Source: Perna viridis
Taxonomy: Eukaryota
Direction of reading: 5' to 3'
DNA length: 64,000 nt
Assembly (NCBI GenBank): GCA_037379345.1
Contig: CM074523.1
Coordinates: forward strand, 30,891,678-30,955,677
The notes under the pieces are model-generated. The model ran no database searches and was not told the origin of the DNA. It saw only the letters and a list, made by a program, of their open reading frames with translations. Both the position numbers and the translations under genes were made by a program. The first letter of the stretch is position 1, and every line of letters starts with the position of its first letter. Shown piece by piece: positions 22,801 to 37,600 of this stretch.

Positions 22801-25800
22801 GAGGCTACTACTTCTTCTGGTCCAACTGAGATTTCTACTTCAGTTGGTTTTTCTGTCTTGGTCTCAATGACAATCTGAGATACTTCAGTTTTCTCCTTGT
22901 CAACAGAGATTTCAGTAATTTCAGGTTTTTCTTCTCTCACTTCCTCTGAAATTTCTGTTCTTTCAATATCTGTTGAAATTTCAGTGTCCGTTGGTTTTTC
23001 AGTCTTGGTTTCAATGACAACCTTTGAAATTGTTGTTTTCTCTTTGTCCACTGAGATTTCAGTAATTTCAGGTTTTTCTTCCTGCATATCCTCAGGAATT
23101 GTAATGTCTTCAGCAGTTACTGAGATTTCAGAAACTTCCTTCTCTGGAATGATTTCTGGAATGAAACCTTTCTCAGCTTCTACAGTGTCTGGTTTTTCTT
23201 CTTCTATTTTTACAACAGTTTCCACCTCCTCCTCCTCAGTAAATGAGGGTTTCTCGATTGCTTTTTCTATTTCAGAAACGACTGGCGTTTCTTCAGAAAC
23301 CGTTTCTGAGACTACTACTTCTTCTGGTCCAACTGAGATTTCTACTTCAGTTGGTTTTTCTGTCTTGGTCTCAATGACAATCTGAGATACTTCAGTTTTC
23401 TCCTTGTCAACAGAGATTTCAGTAATTTCAGGTTTTTCTTCTTTCACTTCCTTTGAAATTTCTGTTTCTTTAGCTTCTGTTGAAATTTCAGTCTTGGTTT
23501 CAATGACAACCTTTGAAATTGTTGTTTTCTCTTTGTCCACTGAGATTTCAGTTATTTCAGGTTTCTCTTCCTGCATATCCTCAGGAATTGTAATGTCTTC
23601 AGCAGTTACTGAGATTTCAGAAACTTCCTTCTCTGGGATGATTTCTGGAATGAAACCTTTCTCAGCTTCTACAGTGTCTGGTTTTTCTTCTTCTATTTTT
23701 ACAACAGTTTCTACCTCCTCCTCAGTAACTAAAGGTTTCTCGATTGGTTTTTCTATTTCAGAAATGATTGGCATTTCTTCAGAAACCATTTCTGAGGCTA
23801 CTACTTCTTCTAGTCCAACTGAGATTTCTTCTTCAGTTGGTTTTTCTGTCTTGGTCTCAATGACATTCTGAGATACTTCAGTTTTCTCCTGGTCAACAGA
23901 GATTTCAGTAATTTCAGGTTTTTCTTCCTGCATATCCTCAGGAATTGTAATGTCTTCAGCAGTTATTGAGATTTCAGAAACTTCCTTCTCTGGGATGATT
24001 TCTGGAATGAAACCTTTCTCAGCTTCTACAGTGTCTGGTTTTTCTTCTTCTATTTTTACAACAGTTTCTACCTCCTCCTCAGTAACTAAAGGTTTCTCGA
24101 TTGGTTTTTCTATTTCAGAAATGATTGGCATTTCTTCAGAAACCATTTCTGAGGCTACTACTTCTTCTAGTCCAACTGAGATTTCTTCTTCAGTTGGTTT
24201 TTCTGTCTTGGTCTCAATGACAATCTGAGATACTTCAGTTTTCTCCTGGTCAACAGAGATTTCAGTAATTTCAGGTTTTTCTTCCTGCATATCCTCAGGA
24301 ATTGTAATGTCTTCAGCAGTTATTGAGATTTCAGAAACTTCCTTCTCTGGAATGATTTCTGGAATGAAACCTTTCTCAGCTTCTACAGTGTCTGGTTTTT
24401 CTTCTTCTATTTTTACAACAGTTTCTACCTCCTCCTCAGTAACTGAGGGTTTCTCGCTTGGTTTTTCTATTTCAGAAATGACTGGCGTTTCTTCAGATAC
24501 CGTTTCTGAGGCTACTACTTCTTCTGGTCCAACTGAGATTTCTACTTCAGTGGGTTTTTCTGTCTTGGTCTCAATGACAATCTGAGATACTTCAGTTTTC
24601 TCCTTGTCAACAGAGATTTCAGTAATTTCAGGTTTTTCTTCCTGCATATCCTCAGGAATTGTAATGTCTTCAGCAGTTATTGAGATTTCAGAAACTTCCT
24701 TCTCTGGGATGATTTCTGGAATGAAACCTTTCTCAGCTTCTACAGTGTCTGGTTTTTCTTCTTCTATTTTTACAACAGTTTCTACCTCCTCCTCAGTAAC
24801 TAAAGGTTTCTCGATTGGTTTTTCTATTTCAGAAATGATTGGCATTTCTTCAGAAACCATTTCTGAGGCTACTACTTCTTCTAGTCCAACTGAGATTTCT
24901 TCTTCAGTTGGTTTTTCTGTCTTGGTCTCAATGACAATCTGAGATACTTCAGTTTTCTCCTGGTCAACAGAGATTTCAGTAATTTCAGGTTTTTCTTCCT
25001 GCATATCCTCAGGAATTGTAATGTCTTCAGCAGTTATTGAGATTTCAGAAACTTCCTTCTCTGGAATGATTTCTGGAATGAAACCTTTCTCAGCTTCTAC
25101 AGTGTCTGGTTTTTCTTCTTCTATTTTTACAACAGTTTCTACCTCCTCCTCAGTAACTGAGGGTTTCTCGCTTGGTTTTTCTATTTCAGAAATGATTGGC
25201 GTTTCTTCAGATACCGTTTCTGAGGCTACTACTTCTTCTGGTCCAACTGAGATTTCTACTTCAGTGGGTTTCTCTGTCTTGGTCTCAATGACAATCTGAG
25301 ATACTTCAGTTTTCTCCTTGTCAACAGAGATTTCAGTAATTTCAGGTTTTTCTTCTCTCACTTCCTCTGAAATTTCTGTTCTTTCAATATCTGTTGAAAT
25401 TTCAGTGTCCGTTGGTTTTTCAGTCTTGGTTTCAATGACAACCTTTGAAATTGTTGTTTTCTCTTTGTCCACTGAGATTTCAGTAATTTCAGGTTTTTCT
25501 TCCTGCATATCCTCAGGAATTGTAATGTCCTCAGCAGTTACTGAGATTTCAGAAACTTCCTTCTCTGGAATGATTTCTGGAATGAAACCTTTCTCAGCTT
25601 CTACAGTGTCTGGATTTTCTTCTTCTATTTTTACAACAGTTTCCACCTCCTCCTCAGTAACTAAAGGTTTCTCGATTGGTTTTTCTATTTCAGAAATGAT
25701 TGGCATTTCTTCAGAAACCATTTCTGAGGCTACTACTTCTTCTAGTCCAACTGAAATTTCTTCTTCAGTTGGTTTTTCTGTCTTGGTCTCAATGACAATC

Positions 25801-27796
25801 TGAGATACTTCAGTTTTCTCCTGGTCAACAGAGATTTCAGTAATTTCAGGTTTTTCTTCCTGCATATCCTCAGGAATTGTAATGTCTTCAGCAGTTATTG
25901 AGATTTCAGAAACTTCCTTCTCTGGAATGATTTCTGGAATGAAACCTTTCTCAGCTTCTACAGTGTCTGGTTTTTCTTCTTCTATTTTTACAACAGTTTC
26001 TACCTCCTCCTCAGTAACTGAGGGTTTCTCGCTTGGTTTTTCTATTTCAGAAATGATTGGCGTTTCTTCAGAAACCGTTTCTGAGGCTACTACTTCTTCT
26101 GGTCCAACTGAGATTTCAACTTCAGTTGGTTTTTCTGTCTTGGTCTCAATGACAATCTGAGATACTTCAGTTTTCTCCTTGTCAACAGAGATTTCAGTAA
26201 TTTCAGGTTTTTCTTCTCTCACTTCCTCTGAAATTTCTGTTCTTTCAATATCTGTTGAAATTTCAGTGTCCGTTGGTTTTTCAGTCTTGGTTTCAATGAC
26301 AACCTTTGAAATTGTTGTTTTCTCTTTGTCCACTGAGATTTCAGTAATTTCAGGTTTTTCTTCCTGCATATCCTCAGGAATTGTAATGTCCTCAGCAGTT
26401 ACTGAGATTTCAGAAACTTCCTTCTCTGGAATGATTTCTGGAATGAAACCTTTCTCAGCTTCTACAGTGTCTGGATTTTCTTCTTCTATTTTTACAACAG
26501 TTTCTACCTCCTCCTCAGTAACTGAGGGTTTCTCGCTTGGTTTTTCTATTTCAGAAACGACTGGCATTTCTTCAGAAACCGTTTCTGAGGCTACTACTTC
26601 TTCTGGTCCAACTGATATTTCTACTTCAGTTGGTTTTTCTGTCTTGGTCTCAATGACAATCTGAGATACTTCAGTTTTCTCCTTGTCAACAGAGATTTCA
26701 GTAATTTCAGGTTTTTCTTCCTGCATATCCTCAGGAATTGTAATGTCTTCAGCAGTTACTGAGATTTCAGAAACTTCCTTCTCTGGAATGATTTCTGGAA
26801 TGAAACCTTTCTCAGCTTCTACAGTGTCTGGTTTTTCTTCTTCTATTTTTACAACAGTTTCCACCTCCTCCTCAGTAACTGAGGGTTTCTCACTTGGTTT
26901 TTCTATTTCAGAAATGACTGGCGTTTCTTCAGATACCGTTTCTGAGGCTACTACTTCTTCTGGTCCAACTGAGATTTCTACTTCAGTTGGTTTTTCTGTC
27001 TTGGTCTCAATGACAATCTGAGATACTTCAGTTTTCTCCTTGTCAACAGAGATTTCAGTAATTTCAGGTTTTTCTTCTTTCACTTCCTTTGAAATTTCTG
27101 TTTCTTCAGCTTCTGTTGAAATTTCAGTCTCGGTTGGTTTTTCAGTCTTGGTTTCAATGACAACCTTTGAAATTGTTGTTTTCTCTTTGTCCACTGGGAT
27201 TTCAGTTATTTCAGGTTTTTCTTCCTGCATATCCTCAGGAATTGTAATGTCTTCAGCAGTTACTGAGATTTCAGAAACTTCCTTCTCTGGAATGATTTCT
27301 GGAATGAAACCTTTCTCAGCTTCTACAGTGTCTGGTTTTTCTTCTTCTATTTTTACAACAGTTTCTACCTCCTCCTCAGTAAATGAGGGTTTCTCGCTTG
27401 GTTTTTCTATTTCAGAAATGACTGGCATTTCTTCAGAAACCGTTTCTGAGGCTACTACTTCTTCTGGTCCAACTGAGATTTCTACTTCAGTTGGTTTTTC
27501 TGTCTTGGTCTCAATGACAATCTGAGATACTTCAGTTTTCTCCTTGTCGACAGAGATTTCAGTAATTTCAGGTTTTTCTTCTTTTACTTTCTCTGAGATA
27601 TCTATTTTGATCTCTTTTATAGATACTTCACCTGTGTCTATTGGCAAAACCTTAGTTTGTTTTGTTCTGAGATTAGTCATCACCTCAGATATGGCATTAT
27701 CAATAATTGTCTCAATAAAGTTTGAAACCGAAGAAGATATCTGACTTTGAATAATCTCCTCATGTGGGTAAACTTCCTTCTCAATAGTTGTGACAT
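19874..27796 (-). CDS. Giant exon K, 7,923 nt (2641 codons): 18 x 119-aa units interspersed with 8 x about 49-aa units; phase 1-1
   Basis: ORF 19824..27863, cactcag|AT acceptor, G|gtagta donor, length divisible by 3. Confidence 0.88.
20030..27590 (-). repeat. Coding composite array: 357-bp units with optional 147-bp inserts (periods 357 or about 504 bp)
   Basis: Antisense stop positions spaced 501,357,501,504,357,357,507,486,357,357,357,357,504,357,504,357,504. Confidence 0.95.
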
Positions 27797-29539
27797 CTGA
27801 GTGAGAATACATATAAATATTATGTTGATCAAAAATAACCCATCTAAAGGGTTGTGACATCAAGGTAAAAGGTACAGGTAATTATATTTTTATTTTTGAA
27901 TTTCTGATCATCAAAATGAGATTGGTTTTCTTGCTCGAGTGAGAAAAGAGATCAAATGACAACCATTATTGCACAGTTTTGCAGATGAAGACAACAGACA
28001 TTTCCTTTGCCAATTTACTGTGCTTACAAAAGAAATACAACCTGAAAAAATTCAGTGTGACTGTCACATTGATGAATGAAGTAAGCTGCACAGATGTGGA
28101 AAGGATATCATACCTCATTATATATGGAACTATCCAAAGTTCGATTACAGATGATACAAGTCAAAACAAATATTAATAATAATAATAATAATAAAAATAA
28201 AAAAAAACAATCAAAGGCTGGAAAATTTATCTACATTTGATCATTTGTTGGTTCTATTTATTGTAAGGTATGATATCTGTCTTCACATGTTGTAATCACT
28301 TCACACTGATAGATTCAAAGAAAACTTAATAGAAATATCATAAAATAAAGAAGTAACTCCTGTTGGATGTTATAAAATGGCCACTTTTCTAAATATGATA
28401 AAAATGGGATACTCCCAATTCTAAATTTTTTTTTTATTAAAGTCTTGTTGAAACCTGCGGGCATGTGCATTATCTAATGGATAAAGTGAAGATTTGAAGG
28501 CTGATCTCCAGGAAAGAGATACACTACAGCTTGAAGGATTTTGCCATATCTTACTTGACAAATTAAGTACAAGTCTGTGTAACAAGCAGGCATAATGTTG
28601 AAAAAATAAACAAAAAACAAGAGAGCAACTGACTCAATATTGCATTTACACTCAGATATCTCCAGTATTAATATTTACCTATCTTAATGGTAGGAAATAT
28701 TTTATTTTTTTATTTGAATGTTAGAAAAAAGTTAACAAAGTAGGCTGCCCCTGAAATGTTCTTTGAAGTGCATTCCAATGGTTATCAAAAATATTAGAAA
28801 AAGTCTGTTTTATCTTTTAGTTCTCATAGAACAGGAAGTTAACTACTTTTTGTTCTGGCTATACGTCAATCACTGCCAAATTCTCACACAGACTGGCACT
28901 TTAGGAATCCTACAACCATTCAAAAGTTTTGGATATGGTATACCTCAATATAACTATCCACAAGCAAGTGAATAATTCATCCCACTATGGCGAACTAAAA
29001 TGACAATATCCACTTGTATTGCAGTGTATTTCAATCTATGCAATTGGAATTTTATACTACAAACTAAGGAAGATAATCTAAGGAAGAAAATCTAAAATGC
29101 TGTGCTACAAAATTAACTACCCTTAAGAAACTTTTACATGATTATGATGGATTGTACAATGAATAGTAAGAAACAACAAGACAAATTGGGTAATGGGGGA
29201 CTCACTACAACATAACTTATTGGGTTTGGAAGGAAAAATTAAATAATCATTCGCCATAGCCTCACAACTAAGAAAGTACGGGAGATAACTGTTTCTCATT
29301 CTTCCAAACAAGACTAACAAGGTAGGGGAGAGAACTCATTATTAATTCTCCCATTCTCCCCAACAGGACCAATAAGGTAGGGGAAAGGACTCATATATCA
29401 TTCCCAACACAACATGACTCAGAAGGTAGGGGAGAGAACTTAAATGCATAAGGAAAAGTCTGCATATAGATGATTTAAGGTTTAAAAGTAAACTGCCCAT
29501 TTGGGTTAGATTTATTATGGATTTGAGGAAAAAACATAC

Positions 29540-29617
29540 CTTTTTGAGGTGTTTCCTGAATACTGAGTTGAAAGTCTGCTGAAATTTCTTCTTGTACAGT
29601 TGTTCTCTCTTCAGGAG
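29540..29617 (-). CDS. Exon J, 78 nt (APEERTTVQEEISADFQLSIQETPQK), phase 1-1
   Basis: taacag|CT acceptor, G|gtatgt donor. Confidence 0.85.
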
Positions 29618-30269
29618 CTGTTAACAAAGAGCAATCATTATTTCATGTTAGGAAGAAAACCAAAATATCTATTTTTATAAATAACACAAAAAAAAAGTAA
29701 ACAGTAAAATGTGTAACAAAAAGTAGTAAAAAAACACCCACAAAGCCACAAAATATTTTCAATAACATGAACATTATAAATTATTTTAAATTTATAAAAT
29801 AACCAAGCTGCTACTTTTCTTAAATTAACCTATTTTTTGTACAATGATTTTCCTGCCCTTTGCTTGAGCATTAATGCATCATATTTTTACTAAATAATCT
29901 TACAAGACATTAAAACTGAAGCTGGAAATAGAAATCAATTTTCTTTTTAGAAATGTTAAAAATCAATCCAGTTGATTCCAAAACATTTTTAATGTGTGAG
30001 AAACCATGCCTAGGACATGCATTCACAATCAAAGTGTAATTTATAGTGAGAACCTTTTTTAAGAAATAACAAGTTGTTCCTGATAAAGCAAACAGAAATA
30101 TTATGAAGGTGTCCTGTAGAAGAAAGAATAATATCCTATACAAAGTTCTGAGCTTCACATAATTTTTGCAAACTCCACTTTTATAGCAAGTAATATAGTT
30201 AATAAAATTGAATGACATGATAAAATGCCTTAGAAGGTAATTAAATGAACAATTATTCAGGAGATTTAA

Positions 30270-30481
30270 GGAGGTAGACCTAAGGTAAGGGACACAACTC
30301 TTAAAAATCATTGGAACGTTTGTATGCAGCATTTTACATCCATCTTATGTAAGCATCTAATTAACTTGCATTGATTTTATTCTGCTTCAAACAAAAGCTT
30401 GAGAGGCTTTGGTGAAATTGAATAAGATACAAACATATCACTGATTTCAAGATTTATGTTCCTTACAATAAGTCTATCTCC
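30270..30481. mobile_element. MITE family 1 copy (subfamily b), TTAA on both sides
   Basis: ttaa|ggaggtagacc...agtctatctcc|ttaa. Confidence 0.88.
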
Positions 30482-31634
30482 TTAAACTTTCTATCATTTC
30501 ATAGGTATTTTAGCCCAAGTTTGGTAGAAAGTAAAACTCTGTCAATTGTCTAGTTAACTACCATCAGTTAAAATTCATCAGGTGATTGTCCTTTAATCAT
30601 GGGAATACCAACTCAACTCTATTCCCTGAAATTAACCATTTTACTAGCTGTAACACAATATGAAATAAATTGATTGACATTACACATATTCTCAAACATA
30701 AGTTATTTCCAAAGCTTTAGGATGATTTGAACCTAGAAAAAGGAAAAGCTCAGAATCTGTATAGACTGTGTATGCCTGTGACCAAAGGAGATGAGCTCTA
30801 ATCATTACAGCATATATAACAATGATGTTCAGGAGATAGAATTTGTTAAATGACATTCATCTGGTAAAAATCTTTAAGTATTTAACTGGAAGGACAATTA
30901 AGCAGACACAAATTTATATACTCAATGAATAAATCAACAAATATATTGTCAATTAACTAAGGCAGTTTATCAGGTGATCATTTAATCAATTAAAAACAAA
31001 TAGTAACCCTCTGAATGTTATCATTATATTTGCTGTAGTACAACTACGCCAGCAAAAGATGAGCTCTTCATTCACAAAGGTAAATTTATTTTCTTAAGAC
31101 ACCAAACTACCCACTTCAGACAACCGTATGTTTATAAACATATGAAGATACAAATTCATTTCTCATTCAACTATTTATAAATTAACATAATGGCATTCAA
31201 AAGGGGAAACAAGAACAAAATTATGTATTGATTTGATTAATTAACTTTTAACATTAGGCACAAAATTTATTAAAAAAGATTTAGAAAAAAAAACCTACAA
31301 GATTTTAAGGAATACAAATTCAGAAAATTTTAATGAACTACTATTTTTTTTAAGATATACAAAATTCAAAAATGCAATAAACACTTACAAAACTGGTAGC
31401 TGGATTAGGGTGAGAGGGTTCCTTTAATCTGTTCAGGCAACGTAACAACTTCAATTATCATTTCATGCAGTTTTGTATAAAGGAAAAGGCAAAACAAAAC
31501 ATGCCATTACAAGTCCTTAATTAATTTAACAGAAAATGTATTACATTTTTAAGCAGTTATTTCATTTTTCACATGCTGCCTGCAAGGAACAACAATGCCT
31601 AATATTTTATGAAATGGAAGCCACAGGCATGTAC

Positions 31635-34600
31635 CTTCTTCATCTTCACATATTGTAATGTTGTTTTCCTCAGATTTTGTAGGCTGGACATCTGTGTCCA
31701 TAATGGCAAGCTTATCAATATCAGTTAGAGTTTCTGTGGAGAAATCAGTGGCGAGTTTTTCTTCAGGTTTTTCTGAAAATGTTTCAACTTTGAAATCAGA
31801 AATACTTAAATTGTCTCTTTCAATTTTTATTTTTGACATATCTGGTTTTTCTTCAGATATTTCTTCAGACACTTTAGCAATTTCAGTTGTGATTGTTGTT
31901 TCAACTTCTTCAGATTTCTCAGTTGTAGTATCAATAGTGATTTCTGAAAGATTTGGTTTGTCCTTTTCAATAGTGATTTCTGAAATATCTGGTTTCTCTT
32001 CAGGTATTTCTTCAGATACCTCAACAATTTCAGTTGTGACTGTTGTTTCAACTTCTTTAGGTTTCTCAAGTGTAGTATCAATAGTAATTTCTGAAACACT
32101 TGGTTTGTCTTTTTCAATAGTGATTTCTGAAATCTCTGGTTTCTCTTCAGGTTTTTCCTCAGATACCTCAACAATTTCAGTTGTGACTGTTGTTTCAACT
32201 TCTTCAGATTTCTCAGTTGAAGTTTCAATAGTGATTTCTGAAACACTTGGTTTGTCATTTTTAATAGTGATTTCTGAAATATTTGGTTTCTCTTCAGATA
32301 TTTCTTCAGATATCTCAACAATTTCAGTTGTGACTGTTGTTTCAACTTCCTCAAGTTTCCCAAGTGTAGTATCAATAGTGATTTCTGAAATACTTGGTTT
32401 GTCTTTTTCAATACTGATTTCTGAAATATCTAGTTTCTCTTTAGGTATTTCTTCAGATACCTCCACAATTTCAGTTATGACTGTTGTTTCAACTTCTTTA
32501 GGTTTCTCAAGTGTAGTATCAATAGTAATTTCTGAAACACTTGGTTTGTCTTTCTCAATAGTGATTTCTGAAATATCTGGTTTCTCTTCGGGTTTTTCCT
32601 CAGATACTTTAACAAATTCAGTAGTGACTGTTGTTTCGACTTCTTCAGGTTTCTCATGTGTAGTATCAATAGTGATTTCTAAAACACTTGGTTTGTCTTT
32701 TTCAATAGTGATTTCCGAAATCTCTGGTTTCTCTACAGGTTTTTCCTCAGATACCTCAACAATTTCAGTTGTGACTGTTGTTTCGACTTCTTCAGGTTTC
32801 TCATGTGTAGTATCAATAGTGATTTCTAAAACACTTGGTTTGTCTTTTTCAATAGTGATTTCCGAAATCTCTGGTTTCTCTACAGGTTTTTCCTCAGATA
32901 CCTCAACAATTTCAGTTGTGACTGTTGTTTCAACTTCTTCAGGTTTCTCAAGTGTAGTATCAATAATAATTTCTGAAACACTTGGTTTGTCTTTTTCAGT
33001 AGCGATTTCTGAAATCTCTGGTTTCTCTTCAGGTATTTCTTTAGATATCTCAACAATTTCAGTTGTGACTGTTGTTTCAACTTCTTCAGGTTTCTCAAGT
33101 GTAGTATCAATAATAATTTCTGAAACACTTGGTGTGTCTTTTTCAGTAGCTATTTCTGAAATCTCTGGTTTCTCTTCAGGTTTTTCCTCAGATACTTCAA
33201 CAAATTCAGTTGTGACTATTGTTTCAACTTCTTCAGGTTTCCCAAGTGTAGTATCAATAGTGATTTCTGAAACACTTGGTTTGTCTTTTTCAATACAGAT
33301 TTCTGAAATTTCTGGTTTCTCTACAGGTTTTTCCTCAGATACTTTAACAAATTCAGTTGTGGCTTTTGTTTCAACTTCTTCAGGTTTCCCATGTGTAGTA
33401 TCAATAGTGATTTCTGAAACACTTGGTTTGTCTTTTTCAATACAGATTTCTGAAATTTCTGGTTTCTCTGCAGGTTTTTCCTCAGATACTTTAACAAATT
33501 CAGTTGTGACTGTTGTTTCAACTTCTTCAGGTTTCTCAAGTTTAGTATCAATAGTGATTTCTGAAACACTTGGTTTGTCTTTCTCAATAGTGATTTCTGA
33601 AATTTCTGGTTTCTCTCCAAGTATTTCTTCACGTACTTCAAGAATTTCTTTTGCGACTGTGGTTTCAACTTGTTCAGGTTTCTCAGTTGATGTTTCAATG
33701 GTGATTTCTTCAACACTTGGTTTGTCCTCTTTAATAGTGATTTCTGAAATATCTGGTTTCTCCTCAGGTATTTCTTCAGATATCTCAACAATTTCAGATG
33801 TGACTGTTGTTTCAACTTTCTCAGGTTTCTCAGTTGTAGTATCTATAGTGATTTCTGAAACACTTGGTTTGTCTTTTTCAATAGCGATTTCTGAAATCTC
33901 TGGTTTCTCTTCAAGTATTTCTTCAAATATCTCAACAATTTCAGTTGTGACTGTTGTTTCAACTTCTTTAGGTTTCTCAGTTATAGTTTCAACTGTGATT
34001 TCTGAAACACTTGGTTTGTCCTTTTTCATACTGATTTCTGAAATATCTGGTTTCTCTTCAGGTATTTCTTCAGATATCTCAACAATTTCATTTGTGACTG
34101 TTGTTTCTTCAACTTCTTCAGGTTTCTCAAGTGTAGTATCAATAATAATTTCTGAAACACTTGGTTTGTCTTTTTCAATACTGATTTCTGCAATATCTGG
34201 TTTCTCTTTAGGTATTTCTTCAGAAACCTCCACAATTTCAGTTGGGACTGTGGTTTCAACGTCTTCAGGTTTCTCAAATGTTGTATCAATTATGATTTCT
34301 GAAACACTTGGTTTGTCTTTCTCAATAGTGAATTCTGAAACATTTAGTTTGCCCTTTTCAATAGTGATTTCTGAAATTTCTGATTTTTCTCCAAGTATTT
34401 CTTCAGATATTTCAAGAATTTCTTTTGCGACTGTGGTTTCAACTTCTTCAGGTTTCTCAGTTGAAGTTCCAATAGTTATTTCTGAAATATCTGGTTTCTC
34501 TTCAGGTATTTCGTCAGATATCTCAACAATTTCAGTTGTGACTGTTGTTTCAACTTCTTCAGGTTTCTCAAGTGTAGTATCAATAGTAATTTCTGAAACA

Positions 34601-37600
34601 CTTGGTTTGTCTTTTTCAATAGCGATTTCTGAAATCTCTGGTTTCTCTTCAAGTATTTCTTCAAATACTTCAACAAATTCAGTTGTAACTGTTGTTTCAA
34701 CTTCTTCAGGTTTCTCATGTGTAGTATCAACAGTGATTTCTGCAACACTTGGTTTGTCTTTTTCAGTAGTGATTTCTGAAATACTTGGTTTGTCTTTTTC
34801 AGTAGTGATTTCTGAAATATCTGATTTCTCTTCAAGTATTTCTTCAAATACCTCAACAATGTCAGTTGTGACTGTTGTTTCAACTTCTTCAGGTATCTCA
34901 AGTTTAGTATCAATAGTAATTTCTGAAACACTTGGTTTGTCTTTCTCAATAGTGATTTCCGAAATTTCTGGTTTCTCTCCAAGTATTTCTTCAGATACTT
35001 CAAGAATTTCTTTTGCGACTGTGGTTTCAACTTCTTCAGGTTTCTCAAGTGTAGTATCTATAGTGATTTCTGAAACACTTGGTTTGTCTTTCTCGATAGT
35101 TATTTCTGAAACCTCTGGTTTCTCTTCAGGTTTTTCCTCAGATACTTCAACAAATTCAGTTGTGACTGTTGTTTCGACTTCTTTGGGTTTCTCATATGTA
35201 GTATCAACAGTGATTTCTGCAACACTTGGTTTGTCTTTTTCAGTAGTGATTTCTGAAATACTTGGTTTGTCTTTTTCAGTAGTGATTTCTGAAATATCTG
35301 ATTTCTCTTCAAGTATTTCTTCAAATACCTCAACAATGTCAGTTGTGACTGTTGTTTCAACTTCTTCAGGTTTCCCAAGTGTAGAATCAATAGTAATTTC
35401 TGAAACACTTGGTTTGTCTTTCTCAATAGTGATTTCTGAAACCTCTGGTTTCTCTTCAGGTTTTTCCTCAGATACTTCAACAAATTCAGTTATGACAGTT
35501 GTTTCAACTTCTTCAGGTTTCTCAAGTGTAGTATCTATAGTGATTTCTGAAACACTTGGTTTGTCTTTTTCAGTAATGATTTCTGAAATATCTGGTTTTT
35601 CGTCAAGTATTTCCTCGGATACTTCAACCATTTCACTTGTGACTGTTGTTTCGACCTCCTCGGGTTTCTCAGTTAAAGTTTCAATAGTGCTTTCTGAAAC
35701 ACTTGATTTGTCTTTTTCAATAGTGATTTCTGAAATATCTGGTTTCTCTTCAGGTATTTCTTCAGATACCTCAACAATTTCAGTTGTGACTGTTGTTTCA
35801 ACTTCTTCAGGTGTCTCAAGTGTAGTATCAATAGTAATTTCTGAAACACTTGGTTTGTCTTTTTCAAGAGTGATTTCTGAAATAACTGTTTCTTCATAAG
35901 GAATTTCATTTTCAATAATAACACCACCTGCTTCATCTTCAACTTCCGGTATGACAAATTCCTCATCAGGAAATTCAACAACATATTCTTCATCTGAACT
36001 TTCCTTCTCCTCTAATACCTCAATGGCAACTTCGACTTCATCTTCCTCTTCAGCTTCACTGTCAGTAAAGACAAAGTCATCTGGGACTTCCATCACAAAA
36101 CCTTCCGTTCCTGGACCAAGAGATTCATCATCGGTAACATCAACAATATCTGATATAGATCCCTGGATATCCTCTTCATCGATGATGTCATAGGAGTGAT
36201 CAATTTCTTCTATAACTTCAAAGTCTTCATGTTTGATTTCAATCGTTTCCTCAAAATCAACATCTTCTTTCACTTTGATATGTTTATCAAAAACTACGTC
36301 TGGACAAATTTCTTTTAATTCAGGTTTCTCTTCGATTTCAGGAATTTCCTTGAAAATCTCCTCTGGTTTTTCTTCTTCGGGGAGCAGTTCAATTGCAGTT
36401 TTGAACTTTTCCTCAAGTGTTTCTTCCATCTTTTCAGATGGCTGTTCCTGAATTGCAACGATGACTTCTTCTTTTTCCTCCGGTTTTTCAGTCACTTCAA
36501 GTGTTTCTCTTTCGGTAACAATGACCTCTTCTTCGGGTCCAACAATTTCTACCTCCTGTGCAGTTTCAGTTGTTACTTCCGTTACTTTAGTCACAGTTTC
36601 GGTGATTTTCTTGTCTACAGTGACATCTAATTGAACCTCTTCGAATTCAGGTTTCTTTTCGATCTCAATGGATTCCTTGAAAATCTCTTCAGATTCAGTT
36701 TTGAACTTTTCCTCCGGTGTTTCTTTCACCTTTTCAGATGGCTGTTCCTGAATTTCAACGATGACTTCTTTTTCCTCCGGTTTTTCAGTCACTTCAAGTG
36801 TTTCTCTTTCGGTAACAATGACCTCTTCTTTGGGTCCAACAATTTCTACCTCCTGTGTAGTTTCAGTTGTTACTTCCGTTACTTTAGTCACAGTTTCGGT
36901 GATTTTCTTGTCTACAGTGACATCTAATTGAACTTCTTCGAATTCAGGTTTCTTTTCGATCTCAATGGATTCCTTGAAAATCTCATCAGGTTTTTCTTCT
37001 TCGGGGAGCAGTTCAATTGCAGTTTTGAACTTTTCTTCGGGTGTTTCTTCCACCTTTTCAGATGGCTGTTCCTGAATTTCAACGATGACTTCTTCTTTTT
37101 CCTTCGGTTTTTCAGTCACTTCAAGTGTTTCTCTTTCGGTAACAATGACCTCTTCTTCGGGTCCAACAATTTCTACCTCTTGTGTAGTTTCAGTTGTTAC
37201 TTCCGTTACTTTAGTCACAGTTTCGGTGATTTTCTTGTCTACAGTGACATCTAATTGAACTTCTTCGTATTCAGGTTTCTTTTCGATCTCAATGGATTCC
37301 TTGAAAATCTCTTCGGGTTTTTCTTCTTCGGGGAGCAGTTCAATTTCAGTTTTGAACTTTTCCTCCGGTGTTTCTTCCACCTTTTCAGATGGCTGTTCCT
37401 GAATTTCAACGATGACTTCTTCTTTTTCTTCCGGTTTTTCAGTCACTTCAAGTGTTTCTCTTTCGGTAACAATGACCTCTTCTTCGGGTCCAACAATTTC
37501 TATCTCCTGTGTAGTTTCAGTTGTTACTTCCGTTACTTTAGTCACAGTTTCGGTGATTTTCTTGTCTACAGTGACATCTAATTGAACTTCTTCGTATTCA

